NCBI GenBank assembly: GCA_965225945.1 | Contig: CBDDBZ010000034.1 | Coordinates: forward strand, 352,280 to 416,279 | Direction: 5' to 3' | DNA length: 64,000 nucleotides | Source of the DNA: Alphaproteobacteria bacterium | GTDB lineage: Bacteria; Pseudomonadota; Alphaproteobacteria; GCA-2731375 | Shown here: positions 49,950 to 60,962 of the stretch, in pieces | Numbering within the stretch: position 1 is the first letter of the stretch | Layout: each line of letters starts with the position of its first letter | The notes under the pieces: generated by a model | Seen by the model: only the letters and a program-made list of their open reading frames with translations | Database searches by the model: none | Told to the model about the DNA's origin: nothing | Translations under genes and position numbers: made by a program

Positions 49950-50008
49950 GACAAACTTGTGTCCAAGGAACCGGGTGCGATACATTCAGCAATAATTGCT
50001 TATTCGGA

Positions 50009-50232
50009 CGGAGGTCGGAGTAAGCTGCGAGTCTTCGAGCCCCTCTCCGCGGACCGGGCCGGCTCCGAGCAGACCGCGGCCTATCGTGAAGCTCGAGGCG
50101 GGCGATCCGGCAGCCAGCCAGGCCTTCGCGGCCATAGTGGGCCAGTACGGCGAGGACCCCCTCGCCACCTTTCATCTGAAGCGGCTGCTCTCGGGGGAAT
50201 CGGGCGTGCGGATCGTGCTGGGCGGGTCGTAG
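50009..50232 (+). pseudogene. Probable C-terminal remnant of a class III adenylate/guanylate cyclase protein
   Basis: KLRVFEPL...AAYREA then (other frame) KLEAGDPAASQAFAAIVGQYGEDPLATFHLKRLLSGE; recognised by resemblance only. Confidence 0.5.
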
Positions 50233-50680
50233 CCCGAGTGGGCTGTGAGCCAGCGGTCCATGAACCCCATGGTTCCGCGCCGGGATGGAGTGAGTCTATG
50301 TGGCCTTCTCGGCAGTGGAGGAGGCTTCGATACCCGACACAACGGTTGGAACAGCATGACGCGGCGAAGAAGGCGGGGGTTCCGGAGTTCCGGAAAGACA
50401 AGTAGCCATTAGGTCGGTTACCGAAGATGCTGTTGGCGGAGATGGCGCGCGAACGGCTGAGTCCTTTGGCTACCTGCCGCCGTCGCCGGCCGCGCGCGGC
50501 CGATTTCCGCTGTCCGGCCGGTGGGCGGCGGGACAGCGCGGGCGCCGAAGCATGCCGATCAGGTGATCGTGAAACTGCTCGACCCCAGCCCTGACGCTGA
50601 CGGTGGTCGTCAGCCGTCCACCGCCGATCAGCAGCATTCCGGTACCGAGCAAGACGGAGACCGTACCGGGGTCATTCGTT

Positions 50681-52576
50681 CTACGGGATGATCAGCACCA
50701 TCTTGGCGAAGATGAGATCGGGATCATCGCCGATGAGATGATGGTTCGCCTTCACTATTCTCGTCCACAGGTGGCCATTTCGATAGAAGAATACGGCGAT
50801 CTTCGAGAGCGAGTCCCCTTCCTGGACGGTGTAGATGCCCCGCGCATTAGTGAGTCTCGCCACCCCGCTCTGGGCCACTTCGATCGCGAGACGGGCGCTT
50901 TCAAGCTGCTGGCGCTGAGATTCGTTGAGACGACTGACATTGGCGCTTTGCCTCAGCAGCAGATCGTACTCCTGGGTTAGATCCGCCGCCTTGGACCGGG
51001 CATGCTCAAGGTCTCCGCTCGTCAGCGCGAACTCGCGTTCGAGATCGGTCGCGGTGTCTTCCAGCTTGCTAAGCTCTTCACGAAGCCGATCACTTTCCAC
51101 GGTCCTTGTCGACAGCTCTAGCCTGAGACGATCGCCATCCGACGTCGCCTGCGCGAGTGCGTGCCTGAGCTCGTCGTTGCGACGGGTCAACTCCTGATTC
51201 TGGGCTATCGCCTGATTGGTCTGGCTTAGCAATACGGCCAGCTCGTCCTCTTTCGCGCTGAGGGCATGGCGTTGTGTCTGCAGCTGGCGGCTGAGCTCGT
51301 CGCGTTCGCCGAGCACCCTCGATCGCTGCGTCTTTAGCTCGGCCACCTCGGATTCGGATCGTCGAGTCTCGGCAGTGAGCTGCTGGACGGAGCTTCGCGC
51401 ACTGCCCAGGTGGTCCTCGAGCTGCGAGTTGAGAGCTTCGAGCTCCATCACTCGAGCGGTGGCCACCCCAAGCGTGGTTTCTAGCTCCTGCATCGACATT
51501 TCGGCAAACTCGAGCGAACGCGATTGTTCCGCCAGCGAGGCGTTTCGAGCCGCGAGCAAGGCCAGCGAGGCGTTTCGAGCCGCGAGCAAGGACTGTGTTT
51601 CCGCTAGCTCGGAGCGCTGCTGTTCCAATGTCGAAAGCAGGTTCTCGACGTCCGCCGCTTGTCGTCGAGCGTCGGCCCGAGCTTCCGCGAGCTCGGTCTG
51701 CAAAGCGGCTGTCGCGGCTTCGAGTGTCTGAATCTGACCGCGGGAGACTTCGAGCTCGCTCGCCAGCGACTCGACCGATGCCTTGGCGACGTCGCGCGTG
51801 CCGGTGAGCCTCGTCACCTTGGCCTCACGTTCGCGCAGCTGTGCCTCGAGCTCGGCGAAGGCAAGTCTGAGACCGTCGAGGTCACTCGACATTTGTGCAT
51901 TCGTTATGTTTTCTTGCTCGAGCTGACGCCGGAGGACCGAGTTCTTAGCCTCTAACTCGTCGCCTCGCGCCCTCGATGCGCTCAGTTCGCGGTTGAGCGC
52001 CTCGGATGCCGACTCGGCCTTGTCGAGCGCCTGTCGGGCCTGCAGCTGCGCAGCCCCAAGGGATAACAGCATCGCAGCCTTCTCTTCGAGCCGCGCCGCG
52101 GTGCTTTCGAGATCAGACTCAACGGTCCGCAAATCGGTTTGCAGCCGCTCACGATCTGATTCGAGCTCGGTAATCCGGCCGCTTCGAGGCTCGGCCACCT
52201 CATCGAGCTGTCGCCGGTCTTCTCCAGCACGGGCAAGCGTTTGCCGGGTCTCGGCAAGGGAAGCTTCGAGCTGTTCAATCTGTTTGCTTTTTTCCGACAG
52301 CTGCTGGCCTAGGCTATTGCTTGCGGTGGTGATGGTGGCAATCTGAGCGGCCAGACGATCGGGTTCTGCTGCTGCTTGCTCTGCACTTTGACGCGCCCGA
52401 TCCAGTTTTTCAGACGCCTCCTGCAGCTTGGCGTCGAACTGCTCTTTCGCCCTCTCGAGCGCTGCTTCCTGTACCGCCACGCCCTGGCTTAGCCGGTAAG
52501 CGTGCACAGACATGCCGATGAGCAAGGCCAGGGTCAAAAGTGCTCCAGCTACGGTCCACGATCCGGATTTTTTCAT
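50681..52576 (-). CDS. Membrane-anchored long coiled-coil protein with C-terminal LysM domain
   Basis: N-terminal hydrophobic helix, ~550 aa of heptad-rich sequence, then YTVQEGDSLSKIA...WTRIVKAN...DPDLIFAKMVLIIP. Confidence 0.85.
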   Translation of the reverse strand: MKKSGSWTVAGALLTLALLIGMSVHAYRLSQGVAVQEAALERAKEQFDAKLQEASEKLDRARQSAEQAAAEPDRLAAQIATITTASNSLGQQLSEKSKQIEQLEASLAETRQTLARAGEDRRQLDEVAEPRSGRITELESDRERLQTDLRTVESDLESTAARLEEKAAMLLSLGAAQLQARQALDKAESASEALNRELSASRARGDELEAKNSVLRRQLEQENITNAQMSSDLDGLRLAFAELEAQLREREAKVTRLTGTRDVAKASVESLASELEVSRGQIQTLEAATAALQTELAEARADARRQAADVENLLSTLEQQRSELAETQSLLAARNASLALLAARNASLAEQSRSLEFAEMSMQELETTLGVATARVMELEALNSQLEDHLGSARSSVQQLTAETRRSESEVAELKTQRSRVLGERDELSRQLQTQRHALSAKEDELAVLLSQTNQAIAQNQELTRRNDELRHALAQATSDGDRLRLELSTRTVESDRLREELSKLEDTATDLEREFALTSGDLEHARSKAADLTQEYDLLLRQSANVSRLNESQRQQLESARLAIEVAQSGVARLTNARGIYTVQEGDSLSKIAVFFYRNGHLWTRIVKANHHLIGDDPDLIFAKMVLIIP

Positions 52577-52657
52577 TGTCGGGGTCCTCGTATGTCACGC
52601 TGCGGCTATTGGACCACACGAGATCAATTCATGTAAATTGCAAAGTTTGCCGGCTCT

Positions 52658-52730
52658 TGCCGAATCTCACGAAAGTAGCCACCCAATATCAGGCAAAGTA
52701 GCCACCGATTCTCACCAAAGTAGCCACCCC
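52658..52730. repeat. Orphan IS21-like end with three AAAGTAGCCACC direct repeats
   Basis: Repeats at 52672, 52695 and 52717 (22-23 bp period), preceded by TGCCGAATCTCAC. Confidence 0.6.
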
Positions 52731-52998
52731 TTCGGGGCGGCCGATTTTGGTTCGACTCAGTGTGCCGTCCTACGTCTCGGATTTTCGCGAATTGTCCGAG
52801 GGTGTCAACGGCGGAGTAAAATGGGGCCACCGCGGCGGTGTAAAGAGGGGCTGTCAAACGGCTTTCAATATTGACCCCCGATCGGCGTGCAAAATTGACC
52901 CCCCTGAGCGGCACGGCGGAGGTTGTCCCGGTAGTCAATAGGGGGGGTCCCTGTTGACCCACCGGGGCAACCGGGCCGCAGGCACGGCCGGCGGCGGG

Positions 52999-53727
52999 TC
53001 AGGAGCGGTTCTTGAAGCGCCAGCTCTCGTTGCCGGTCTCGATGATCTCGCAGTGGTGGGTCAGGCGGTCGAGCAGCGCGGTGGTCATCTTGGGGTCGCC
53101 GAAGACGGATGGCCATTCGCCGAAGGCGAGGTTGGTGGTGATGACGATCGAGGTGCGCTCGTAGAGCCGGCTCATGAGGTGGAAGAGCAGCTGCCCGCCG
53201 GCCTGGGCGAAGGGCGGGTAGCCGAGTTCGTCGAGGATGACGAAGTCGCGGCGGACGAGCTGGTCCGCGGTGCGGCCCTGGCGTCCGGCGCGGAGCTCGG
53301 CCTCGAGGTGGTTGACCAGGTCGACGACGTTGTAGCAGCGGCCCCGGGCGCCCTTGCGGATGCAGGAGCGCGCGATGGCGACGGCGAGATAGGTCTTGCC
53401 GGTGCCGGTGCCGCCGACCAGCACGATGTTGCGCTTGCCCTCCAGGAAGCCGCCGCCGGCGAGCTCCTGGATCAGGGGCTCGTTGACTGGCGAGGCGGCG
53501 AAGTCGAAGTCGGCCAGCTCCTTGGCCGTTGGCAACCTGGCGGACGCCATCTGGTACTTGATCGAGCGCGCCGTCTTGTCGGCGATCTCGACCTGCGGCA
53601 GCGTACCGATGATCTGCTGCACCGGATGACGACGCTTGAGCCCGTCGGCAAGGATGTCGTCGTCGGCGGCGCGCATGCCCGCGAGCTTCAACGCCGTCAT
53701 CATCGCCAGCACCTCATGACGCTCCAT
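52999..53727 (-). CDS. istB: IS21 helper ATPase
   Basis: [20 protein letters not shown] and ALLDRLTHH. Confidence 0.93.
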   Translation of the reverse strand: MERHEVLAMMTALKLAGMRAADDDILADGLKRRHPVQQIIGTLPQVEIADKTARSIKYQMASARLPTAKELADFDFAASPVNEPLIQELAGGGFLEGKRNIVLVGGTGTGKTYLAVAIARSCIRKGARGRCYNVVDLVNHLEAELRAGRQGRTADQLVRRDFVILDELGYPPFAQAGGQLLFHLMSRLYERTSIVITTNLAFGEWPSVFGDPKMTTALLDRLTHHCEIIETGNESWRFKNRS

Positions 53728-55228
53728 GACCGGCCTCCCTCAGGCGATCGTAGCGCTGACAGTCGGCCACCGGCCGGTGGCGAAGCCGCAGGCCCTCGGG
53801 CGTCGGGATGGTCGCCGGCGGTGCCGGCTGGCACTGCCGGGCGAGGATGTTGAGCACGACGTCGGCGCTGCAGGCGCCGCAGTCGAGCGCCTCGGCACAG
53901 GCCGCCTCGACCGCCTCCAGCCCGTCCTCCTGAACCGCCGCGAGGATCCTCACGAACTGCCTGTCACCGTCGTCGCAACCCGTCAGCCGGGCCCGTATGC
54001 GGCCGAGCGCGCCGGGCAGTTGCCAGCCCTTGAAGGGCGCGCCGTTCCTCAGCGCACCAGGCTTCCGCGTCAGGATCGGCACGTAGTGCCACGGATCGTA
54101 GGCGATCTCGCCGCGCCCGAAGCTCCGGGGATGCTCGGCGACGGTCTCGCCGTCCTGGCGGATGACGATCCGATCGGCGTAGGCCCGCACGTCGACCGGC
54201 CGCCCGACGGCACGGGCGGCGACGCTGTAGTGGTTGTTGTCGAAGCGCACCAGACAGGTCTTGGACACCGCCACCTCGGTGGCGTGGAAGCCGTCGAAGG
54301 GGCCGCGATAGGCCATCAAGAAGGGCCGCTCCTCCTCGAACACCTGCCACACCGTCTTGCTCTCGATCGTCGGATGCGGCCGCTTCTTGGCGTCCTCGAT
54401 ACACCGATCCATCAGCCACTCGTTGATCTCGACGTAGGAGCGGCCCCGCGGGATGGGCACGAACAGGCGGCCGCGGACGTCACCCACCGGCCTCTCGACC
54501 TGCCCCTTCTCCCAGCCCGCACCCGGAGTGCACGCCACCGGCTCCACCAGATGGTGGGAGCACAGCTCCAGAAAGCGCCGGTTGTAGGCGCGCTCCTTGC
54601 CGACGAAGACCATGCTCACCGCCGTCTTCATGTTGTCGTGGATGCCCCGTCGGCAGACCCCGCCGAAGAAGTGGAAGGCCCGTTCGTGCGCCTCGAACAC
54701 CATCTCCTGGCTCTCGCGCGGGAAGTTCTGAACCAGCTGCATGCGGCTGTAGCAGAGCCGCATGTGCGCCGCCTTCACCTTGGTCGTCACACCCGACAGG
54801 CGCGCGTACTCGTGGCTCCAGTCGAACTGGTAGGCCTCGCCGGGATCGAAGCTCAGCGGCACAAAACCCTGCGACGGCGACAACAGCCGCCACCGCCGAC
54901 GCCAGGTCCTGGCGTAGCGGCGCACCGCGTCGTAGCCGCCGCCATAGCCCAGAGCCGCAAGGTCTTCATGAATCCGCAGCAGAGACAGCCGATCCCGGCG
55001 CGGCTTCTTCTCGTTGGCCTCCAGCTGGCGCTCGAGCTCATCCACCCACGGTCCAAGCTTCGGCATCGGCTGGATCTTGCGCGCGTAGCTGTACGAGGTC
55101 TCATCGCCCCGCACCACCTTGCGCACCGTGTTCTTCGAAACCCTCAAATCCCGGGCGATCTTCTTGATCGGAACGCCCCTCACCAGATGATCCCGACGGA
55201 TCCGTGCGATCGTTTCCACTACCAGCAT
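53714..55228 (-). CDS. istA: IS21 transposase
   Basis: N-terminal [24 protein letters not shown] and [11 protein letters not shown]. Confidence 0.93.
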   Translation of the reverse strand: MLVVETIARIRRDHLVRGVPIKKIARDLRVSKNTVRKVVRGDETSYSYARKIQPMPKLGPWVDELERQLEANEKKPRRDRLSLLRIHEDLAALGYGGGYDAVRRYARTWRRRWRLLSPSQGFVPLSFDPGEAYQFDWSHEYARLSGVTTKVKAAHMRLCYSRMQLVQNFPRESQEMVFEAHERAFHFFGGVCRRGIHDNMKTAVSMVFVGKERAYNRRFLELCSHHLVEPVACTPGAGWEKGQVERPVGDVRGRLFVPIPRGRSYVEINEWLMDRCIEDAKKRPHPTIESKTVWQVFEEERPFLMAYRGPFDGFHATEVAVSKTCLVRFDNNHYSVAARAVGRPVDVRAYADRIVIRQDGETVAEHPRSFGRGEIAYDPWHYVPILTRKPGALRNGAPFKGWQLPGALGRIRARLTGCDDGDRQFVRILAAVQEDGLEAVEAACAEALDCGACSADVVLNILARQCQPAPPATIPTPEGLRLRHRPVADCQRYDRLREAGHGAS

Positions 55229-56111
55229 CTCCCCCACCTCGTCTGTCCAAACAACGAGGTGTGTTAAAAATCACAAAACCAGGGGGGTCAATTTTGGACG
55301 CCGATTACCCCACCAAGGGGGTCAATATTCCACGCCGATCAACAAGGGGCCACCGTCGGCTGCGAGCTTGTCCCCGTAGTCCACGGGAGGGCCCCGCGCG
55401 CGACGCGGCGTGCCCTCGACAGGCTGACGCGGCGGCGCGCGCGGGTGGGACCTGTGGGCCCACGGGGTCAAGCATGGGCACGGTGGTCGGTTCACTCGGC
55501 GGCTGGGTCTCGACGCTGGCGGCTTTGATTGAGGCGGTAGCTCTCGCCGTTCATCTCGAGGATGTGGACGTGGTGGGTGAGGCGGTCGAGCAGCGCCCCG
55601 GTGAGGCGCTCGGAGCCGGGCTTTCGGAAGATAGGGATAGACATCGAGGTCGAGCCGTGGCGGCCGTCGTTCGATCCGGCACGGCACCAGGTGCTTGTGG
55701 GGAAGGTCGAAGGCAAGGAAGTGGACCTTGCGCGCCACACCGCCGATCACCGCCATCGCCTCGCCGAAGTCCGCCTGGGCGTGGCCCGCGGGGTGATGCA
55801 GGGGCACGAACATCTCGCGCGACCGAAGCCGCCGCTCACGGACATAGTCCTTCACGATGGCGTAGCCGCCGGTGAACCCGTACTCGTCCCGGAGACGGTC
55901 GAAGATCCGCTTCGCCGTGTCCCCCGTGCGCCCGCCGGTCCTGGGCGCGTTCGGGCGAGCATCGTGGTTTGCCGGTTCTGCCACCTCGATTCACGGTCAT
56001 CGAGATCGCCACGGGCGTCAATCATGGGACATGTGTTAGCGGTGGTTCCAGGGTGCGCTTATATGGTGCTCTTTTTGAGCGGTCGGTGGCGGTTGGGGGT
56101 TGGTCCCGGCG

Positions 56112-56366
56112 GGTGGCAACCCCTGCCGCTTCGTGACCAAGTACAGGTCGCGCCGGCTTGAGCGCTTCCTGACGGAGGAGGAGTTCCGCCGTCTCGGCCG
56201 GGTGCTGGACGAGCTGGAGACGGAGGAACGGCTTCCGGTGTACGCGGCGGCGGCGCTGCGGTTGCTGATGCTGACCGGGTGCCGATGCAGCGAGATCATG
56301 ACCCTGAGGTGGGAGGACGTGCATCTCGAGGTGAGCGAGATCCGGCTCCCGGACAGAAAGACAGGC
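56112..56366 (+). pseudogene. Internal fragment of a tyrosine integrase paralogous to the downstream gene
   Basis: NPCRFVTKY...ERFLTEEEFRRLGRVL...LRLLMLTGCRCSEI...KTG, closely paralleling 56583-57779. Confidence 0.8.
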
Positions 56367-56582
56367 TTTTATTTTGTTCCCGGGACAGTCGAGGCCATAC
56401 AGTGCCAATCGTACCCTAACCGACTGTTGTATTTACGATAATTTTTCTCTTCGGCCTTCCTTCCCCCTTGCATTGAGGACAGAAGTGTCCTCTCATTGCC
56501 ACTGAATTGATGCGACGCGTTTGCCGCTTGATTACACGCTCCGGTCCATCGGCTCGGGCCGGGGCACGCATCGGGGCCCGTC

Positions 56583-57779
56583 ATGCCGAAGAAAAGCACC
56601 CTCCGTCTCACCACCCGCAGCGTCGCCGCCCTGCCGGTCACCGGCAAGGATGTCCTTTACTGGGACCGCGACTTCTCCGGCTTCGGGGTACGGGTCTATC
56701 CCTCCGGCGCCAAGGTCTATGTCGTGCAGACCCGCGCGCTGGGAAAGTCAAAACGCGTCACCCTCGGGCGGCACGGAGTGATCTCGGCCGATCAGGCCCG
56801 CCGCAAGGCGGCCATGACCATTGCACGCATCAAGGCGGGAGAAGACCCCTCGCCCACTCCATCCGTTTCGGTGGCCGAGCTTACTGTCGCCGATCTGGCG
56901 GAGCGCTATCTCAAGGAGCATGCCGAGGTTCATTGCAAGCCCCGGACGAAGGAGGCCTATCGCTGGCTGGTGGTGAAATTCGTGCTGCCGGAGTTGGGCA
57001 AGCTCGCGATCGAGGCGGTGGAACGCGAGCACATCGCGGCGCTGCACTACGGACACCGCGAGACGCCCTATCAGGCGAACCGGATCCTCGAGGTGGTCCG
57101 AACGATGTTCAACTTGGCCGAAGCCTGGGGCCTGCGCAAGGACGGGGCGAACCCTTGCCGGTTCGTGCAGAAGTACAAGGAGAAGAAGCGCGAGCGGTTC
57201 CTGACGGAAGACGAGTTCCGCCGGCTGGGCCAGGTGCTGAACGAGGTCGAGGCCGAGGGCTCGGAGACGTTCTCGGCGGTGACCGCCATCCGCCTGCTGA
57301 TGTTGACAGGCTGCCGCCTGAACGAAATCCAGACCCTACGCTGGGAGGACGTCGATCTGGCGGCGGGCGAGTTGAGGCTCCAAGACAGCAAGACCGGCGC
57401 CCGGATGGTGCCATTGTCTCGTGCATCGGTGGCGGTGCTTTCCGCTCTGCCCCGCCCGGAGGGCAATCCCTGGGTTATCGTCGGCAAGAGGCCGGGCGCC
57501 CACTTGACCGATCTTCAGCATCCCTGGCGGCGCATCCGCACGCGCGCCGGGCTGGAAGATGTGCGGATCCATGACCTCAGGCATTCTTTTGCTTCTCGTG
57601 CGCTGGCGCTCGGCGAGAGTCTGCCCATGATTGGCAAGCTACTCGGGCACACGCGGGTCCAGACAACGGCCCGCTACGCCCATCTGGCGAATGAGTCCGT
57701 CAAGGCCTCGGGTTCCAGGATCGCCGACAGCATCGGTGACGATATTCTCGCGGGGGAGTCAAAGGCAGACGCCGCCTGA
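56583..57779 (+). CDS. Tyrosine recombinase/integrase with N-terminal arm-binding domain
   Basis: WDRDFSGFGVRVYPSGAK; catalytic R (TGCR), K (SKTG), HDLRH, LGH and Y (TARY) all intact. Confidence 0.93.
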   Translation: MPKKSTLRLTTRSVAALPVTGKDVLYWDRDFSGFGVRVYPSGAKVYVVQTRALGKSKRVTLGRHGVISADQARRKAAMTIARIKAGEDPSPTPSVSVAELTVADLAERYLKEHAEVHCKPRTKEAYRWLVVKFVLPELGKLAIEAVEREHIAALHYGHRETPYQANRILEVVRTMFNLAEAWGLRKDGANPCRFVQKYKEKKRERFLTEDEFRRLGQVLNEVEAEGSETFSAVTAIRLLMLTGCRLNEIQTLRWEDVDLAAGELRLQDSKTGARMVPLSRASVAVLSALPRPEGNPWVIVGKRPGAHLTDLQHPWRRIRTRAGLEDVRIHDLRHSFASRALALGESLPMIGKLLGHTRVQTTARYAHLANESVKASGSRIADSIGDDILAGESKADAA

Positions 57780-57875
57780 ATCTCTCCGCCGTCACCATGC
57801 CGTGTTGAGGGGTAGCGCAGATCCCGGTTCGGGACTATTTCTTTACATCCCGTGCCGGGATATCTATGTTTCATC

Positions 57876-58169
57876 ATGCGGATCATCGCGAAGCGGACGT
57901 TGCGCGCCTATTGGGAAAGAGAGCCCAGAGCAGAACAACCGCTGAAGGCGTGGTACGCGATCGCGGCGAAAGCGGACTGGTCTTCGCCAGCGGATGTGAA
58001 GGCGGTGTACGGAAACGCGAGCATCGTCGGCAACGACGGGGTCGTATTCAACATCGGCGGGAACAGGTACCGGCTTATCGTCCGCTTCGACTACGTGCAT
58101 CGGATCGGGTTCGTGCGTTTCGTGGGAACACATGCCGAGTACGACGTGATCGATGCGTCCGACGTCTAG
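57876..58169 (+). CDS. higB: HigB family toxin
   Basis: MRIIAKRTLRAYW...VFNIGGNRYRLI...FVGTHAEYD. Confidence 0.92.
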   Translation: MRIIAKRTLRAYWEREPRAEQPLKAWYAIAAKADWSSPADVKAVYGNASIVGNDGVVFNIGGNRYRLIVRFDYVHRIGFVRFVGTHAEYDVIDASDV

Positions 58170-58178
58170 GAGTTCGAC

Positions 58179-58553
58179 ATGAATATCAGACCGATCAAAA
58201 CCGAAGCCGACTACGACGCAGCACTGATCGTGATCGAAGAACTGATGGGTGCCGCGCCGGACACGCGGGAAGGCGACGAACTTGCGATCCTCGTTACCCT
58301 CGTGGAGGCCTACGAAGCAGAGCACTGGCCAATAGAGGCACCAGATCCAATCTCGGCGATCGAGCACGTCATGGAGGTTCGCGGCATGTACCAGAAAGAC
58401 TTCGCCGCACTGATCGGCTCCCAGCCCCACGCCTCGGAGGTGCTCAATCGTCAACGCCCGCTGACCCTGCCGATGATCCGGGTGTTGTCAGCCGAATGGG
58501 ATCTTCCCGCTGACATCCTGGTGCGCGAGTACGACCTCACAACCACCGCGTAG
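58179..58553 (+). CDS. higA: HigA family antitoxin (HTH)
   Basis: IRPIKTEADYDAAL...LVEAYE...PDPISAI...ASEVLNRQRPLTLPMIR. Confidence 0.92.
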   Translation: MNIRPIKTEADYDAALIVIEELMGAAPDTREGDELAILVTLVEAYEAEHWPIEAPDPISAIEHVMEVRGMYQKDFAALIGSQPHASEVLNRQRPLTLPMIRVLSAEWDLPADILVREYDLTTTA

Positions 58554-58790
58554 CCGAGAAGATTCGTTACAGCTGCAGCGCAGTTACGCGCACTTCCGCC
58601 GAGGATCTTGTTGGCGACGGCAACCGTGGCCCGGTTGAAGCCACGCTGCTGATGACATGGCGGCATGAACGACGACTGGAATACACCTTAATCAAGCCGA
58701 CAGGCTGTCCGACAAGCCGGGGCCACCTACGACGACGCCGGTACCGCGGGAACCGCGAAAGCGGCGTGAGGTTCGGGATCGGGGAAGGGA

Positions 58791-60017
58791 ATGGCCAAGC
58801 TTCAATTTCGAACGATCTCCAACCGCATGGTAGCGGCGCTGAAAGTCGGGAAGGACACGGTATTCTGGGACCGGGAGTTTCCGGGGTTCGGAGTGCGCGT
58901 TTATCCCTCGGGCCGCAAGTCCTACATCGTCAACTACCGTGCCGGCGACGGCGGCAGGAAGGCCCCCAACAAGCGCGTCATGCTCGGGCGCTGCGACAGG
59001 ATATCGGCCGACCGGGCGCGGCGCATGGCCCATCAGGTACTGGGCAACGTCGCCGGCGGCGACGACCCGGCGAACGAGCGTGCTGAGGCCCGCAGCATGC
59101 CCACTCTAGGGCAAGCTTTCGATTAATTCATGGCGGCCAATCCCAACCGGGCGCCAACCACCGACAAGGGCTATCGCGACTTCGTCGAGCGCTATCTCGC
59201 CGACTGGCTCGGCCGCCCCCTTGACACCATCGCTCGCCGTGATGTCGAGGCCCGCTTCAACCGCATTACCACGCAAAACGGCTGGGCGACGGCCAACCGC
59301 ACGATCTCGCTGTTGCGCTCGGCCTATAGCCGGCCCTGCGTCGATTACGACGGCCTGCGCAACCCGGTCTATTTATGGCTTGCCGCCGGCGGCAAGTTCC
59401 ATCGCAAGAGGCGGCGCAAGATACCGTCGCCGGCCGAGGTGCTGCCGCGCTGGCGCGCGGGCATCCAGGCCGTGGTCTCATCGCCGAAGTCGCGGGACGC
59501 CTTCTGGTTCGGCTTCTACACTGGCATGCGCCTCAACGAGGTGCTGCGGCTGCGATGGGATCGGGTGGATCGGGAGAGGCTGATCTTCCGCGTCGAGGCG
59601 ACCAAGACCGGCGTGCCGCTGGAGTTGCCGGTCACCCGGCAACTGGCCGCCCTCCTTGAGCGCCGGTGGGAGGAGAGCGGCACCCTGCCGGAAGGCTGGG
59701 TGTTTCCGTCGACCATCACCGGAATGGGCCATATCCGGAACCTGGCGCAACACTACAAGCCGATCGGCGAGGCCGGGGGTGCAAAGTTCTGGTACCACGG
59801 TCTTCGCAACGCCTTCATCACCGTCGCGGAGCGCGATCTGATGCTGCCGCACGCCCTGACCAAGCGGCTGGTCAACCACGCCCCACCCAACGATGTCACG
59901 GAAGGCTACGCCGCCGACTGGACCATCGGCCAATTACGCGACCCCGCGCAGAGAATCGCCGACCGTGTCGAGGCGTTGATGATGAACGACCACGCACCCG
60001 CGACGGAGACGTCATAG
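58791..60017 (+). pseudogene. Second tyrosine integrase with an in-frame premature stop
   Basis: Arm-binding N-terminus; TAA at 59124-59126 in frame with the downstream TGMR, TKTG, HGLR, VNH and EGY motifs. Confidence 0.85.
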
Positions 60018-60422
60018 CACTCCCGCCGACGAGTCGACCGGACCGAGCACGGACCCCGGCCGTGAATAAAGGCTTGCGCATGGTCGGCCTCGCGCCCTCG
60101 GCTTCGGCGGTGAAACCGCTTGTGGTGGAAGCGGGGATCGAATTGGAAAACCTACAGCGGTTGCTGGCGCGCAACGCCGGTATCGCCGCATGGCCGCTCA
60201 CGAACCGGGGCGCTCGCAAGTTGCGTGCTCGGATCGACGAACTGTTGAGTGTTGGCACTTCTTCGGAACCCGGCAACGACAATCACGGCGATTGGGGCAT
60301 GGTGCCACCTTTCCTTGGCCTGATCGTAGTGAGTGTGCCCCAGCCGGCCCGCATAACAGCCCGTTGATTTAAGTCGGCGCCGTCTGATTCTCTGGTTCCC
60401 TGATTTGCAGGGGGATTCGCCG

Positions 60423-60490
60423 ATGGCGATGGGACGGCAGAAGGATGGTCAGGGGGACCTGATGGTGAGCTGGTCGGAGATGCCGCGCGC
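60423..60490 (+). pseudogene. N-terminal stub of an IS5/IS1182-like transposase
   Basis: MAMGRQKDGQGDLMVSWSEMPR; recognised by resemblance only. Confidence 0.45.
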
Positions 60491-60962
60491 CCTCGCGGTG
60501 CGATTTGCCGGGTGCCTTGGCCATCACCGTCCCTCGCGTTTCATGCGTCGCACGACGTGACTATGTTCGGTTTCTTCGAGAAAACGCCCAAGGCGCTCGG
60601 CGTCGGCCATGGCTTTCTTGAGCGCCACCAACAACGAGGCGACGTTCTCCAGGTCAACGTCGACTGTAGTGTCATCGTGGGATTGCTGTCCCGCGATCGT
60701 AAACGTTTTCCCGGCGACCGAGACAAATTGTCAGCGTTCCGGCTGCCGCTGCGCAAGTGGGCTTTCGCGGTCTACCTGTACGTCACGAACCTCAAGGGCT
60801 TGTCGAGCATGAAGCTCCACCGCGACCTTGAGATCACCCAGAAGTCGGCGTGGTACATGCTTCAGCGCCTGCGAGAAAGCTGGGACGCCAGCGGCCTGGA
60901 GAAGTTCGCCGGCCCGGTCGAGGTCGATGAGACCTATTTCGGCGGGCTGGAGAAGAACAAAC

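Larger units (their letters stand above)
48563..49984 (+). mobile_element. IS3/IS481-like insertion sequence with TGT...ACA ends and 12-bp target duplication
   Basis: Imperfect TIRs containing TTCCTTGGACAC / GTGTCCAAGGAA; TTCAGCAATAAT at 48551-48562 and 49985-49996. Confidence 0.88.
52852..55344 (-). mobile_element. IS21-family element, complete
   Basis: TGT...ACA ends with paired ATTGACCCC repeats; 6-bp target duplication AGGGGC at 52846-52851 and 55345-55350. Confidence 0.9.
52803..55984 (-). mobile_element. Decayed outer IS21-family element (end repeats, istB tail, istA fragment)
   Basis: End TGTCAACGGCGGAGTAAAATGGGGCCA at 52803; [28 protein letters not shown] at ~55492-55620; TAKRIFDRLRDEYGFTGGY...AQADFGE at ~55700-55930. 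Confidence 0.72.

Noticed and set aside
52672-52728. Plasmid iterons or replication origin
   Set aside because: No rep gene or AT-rich unwinding region nearby; the spacing and context fit an IS21-type end better.
58598-58650. IS110 element (minus strand reads GFNRATVAVANKIL)
   Set aside because: Only about 15 codons of resemblance; too short to call.
56583-60017. Prophage
   Set aside because: No structural, packaging, replication or lysis genes are visible in the window.
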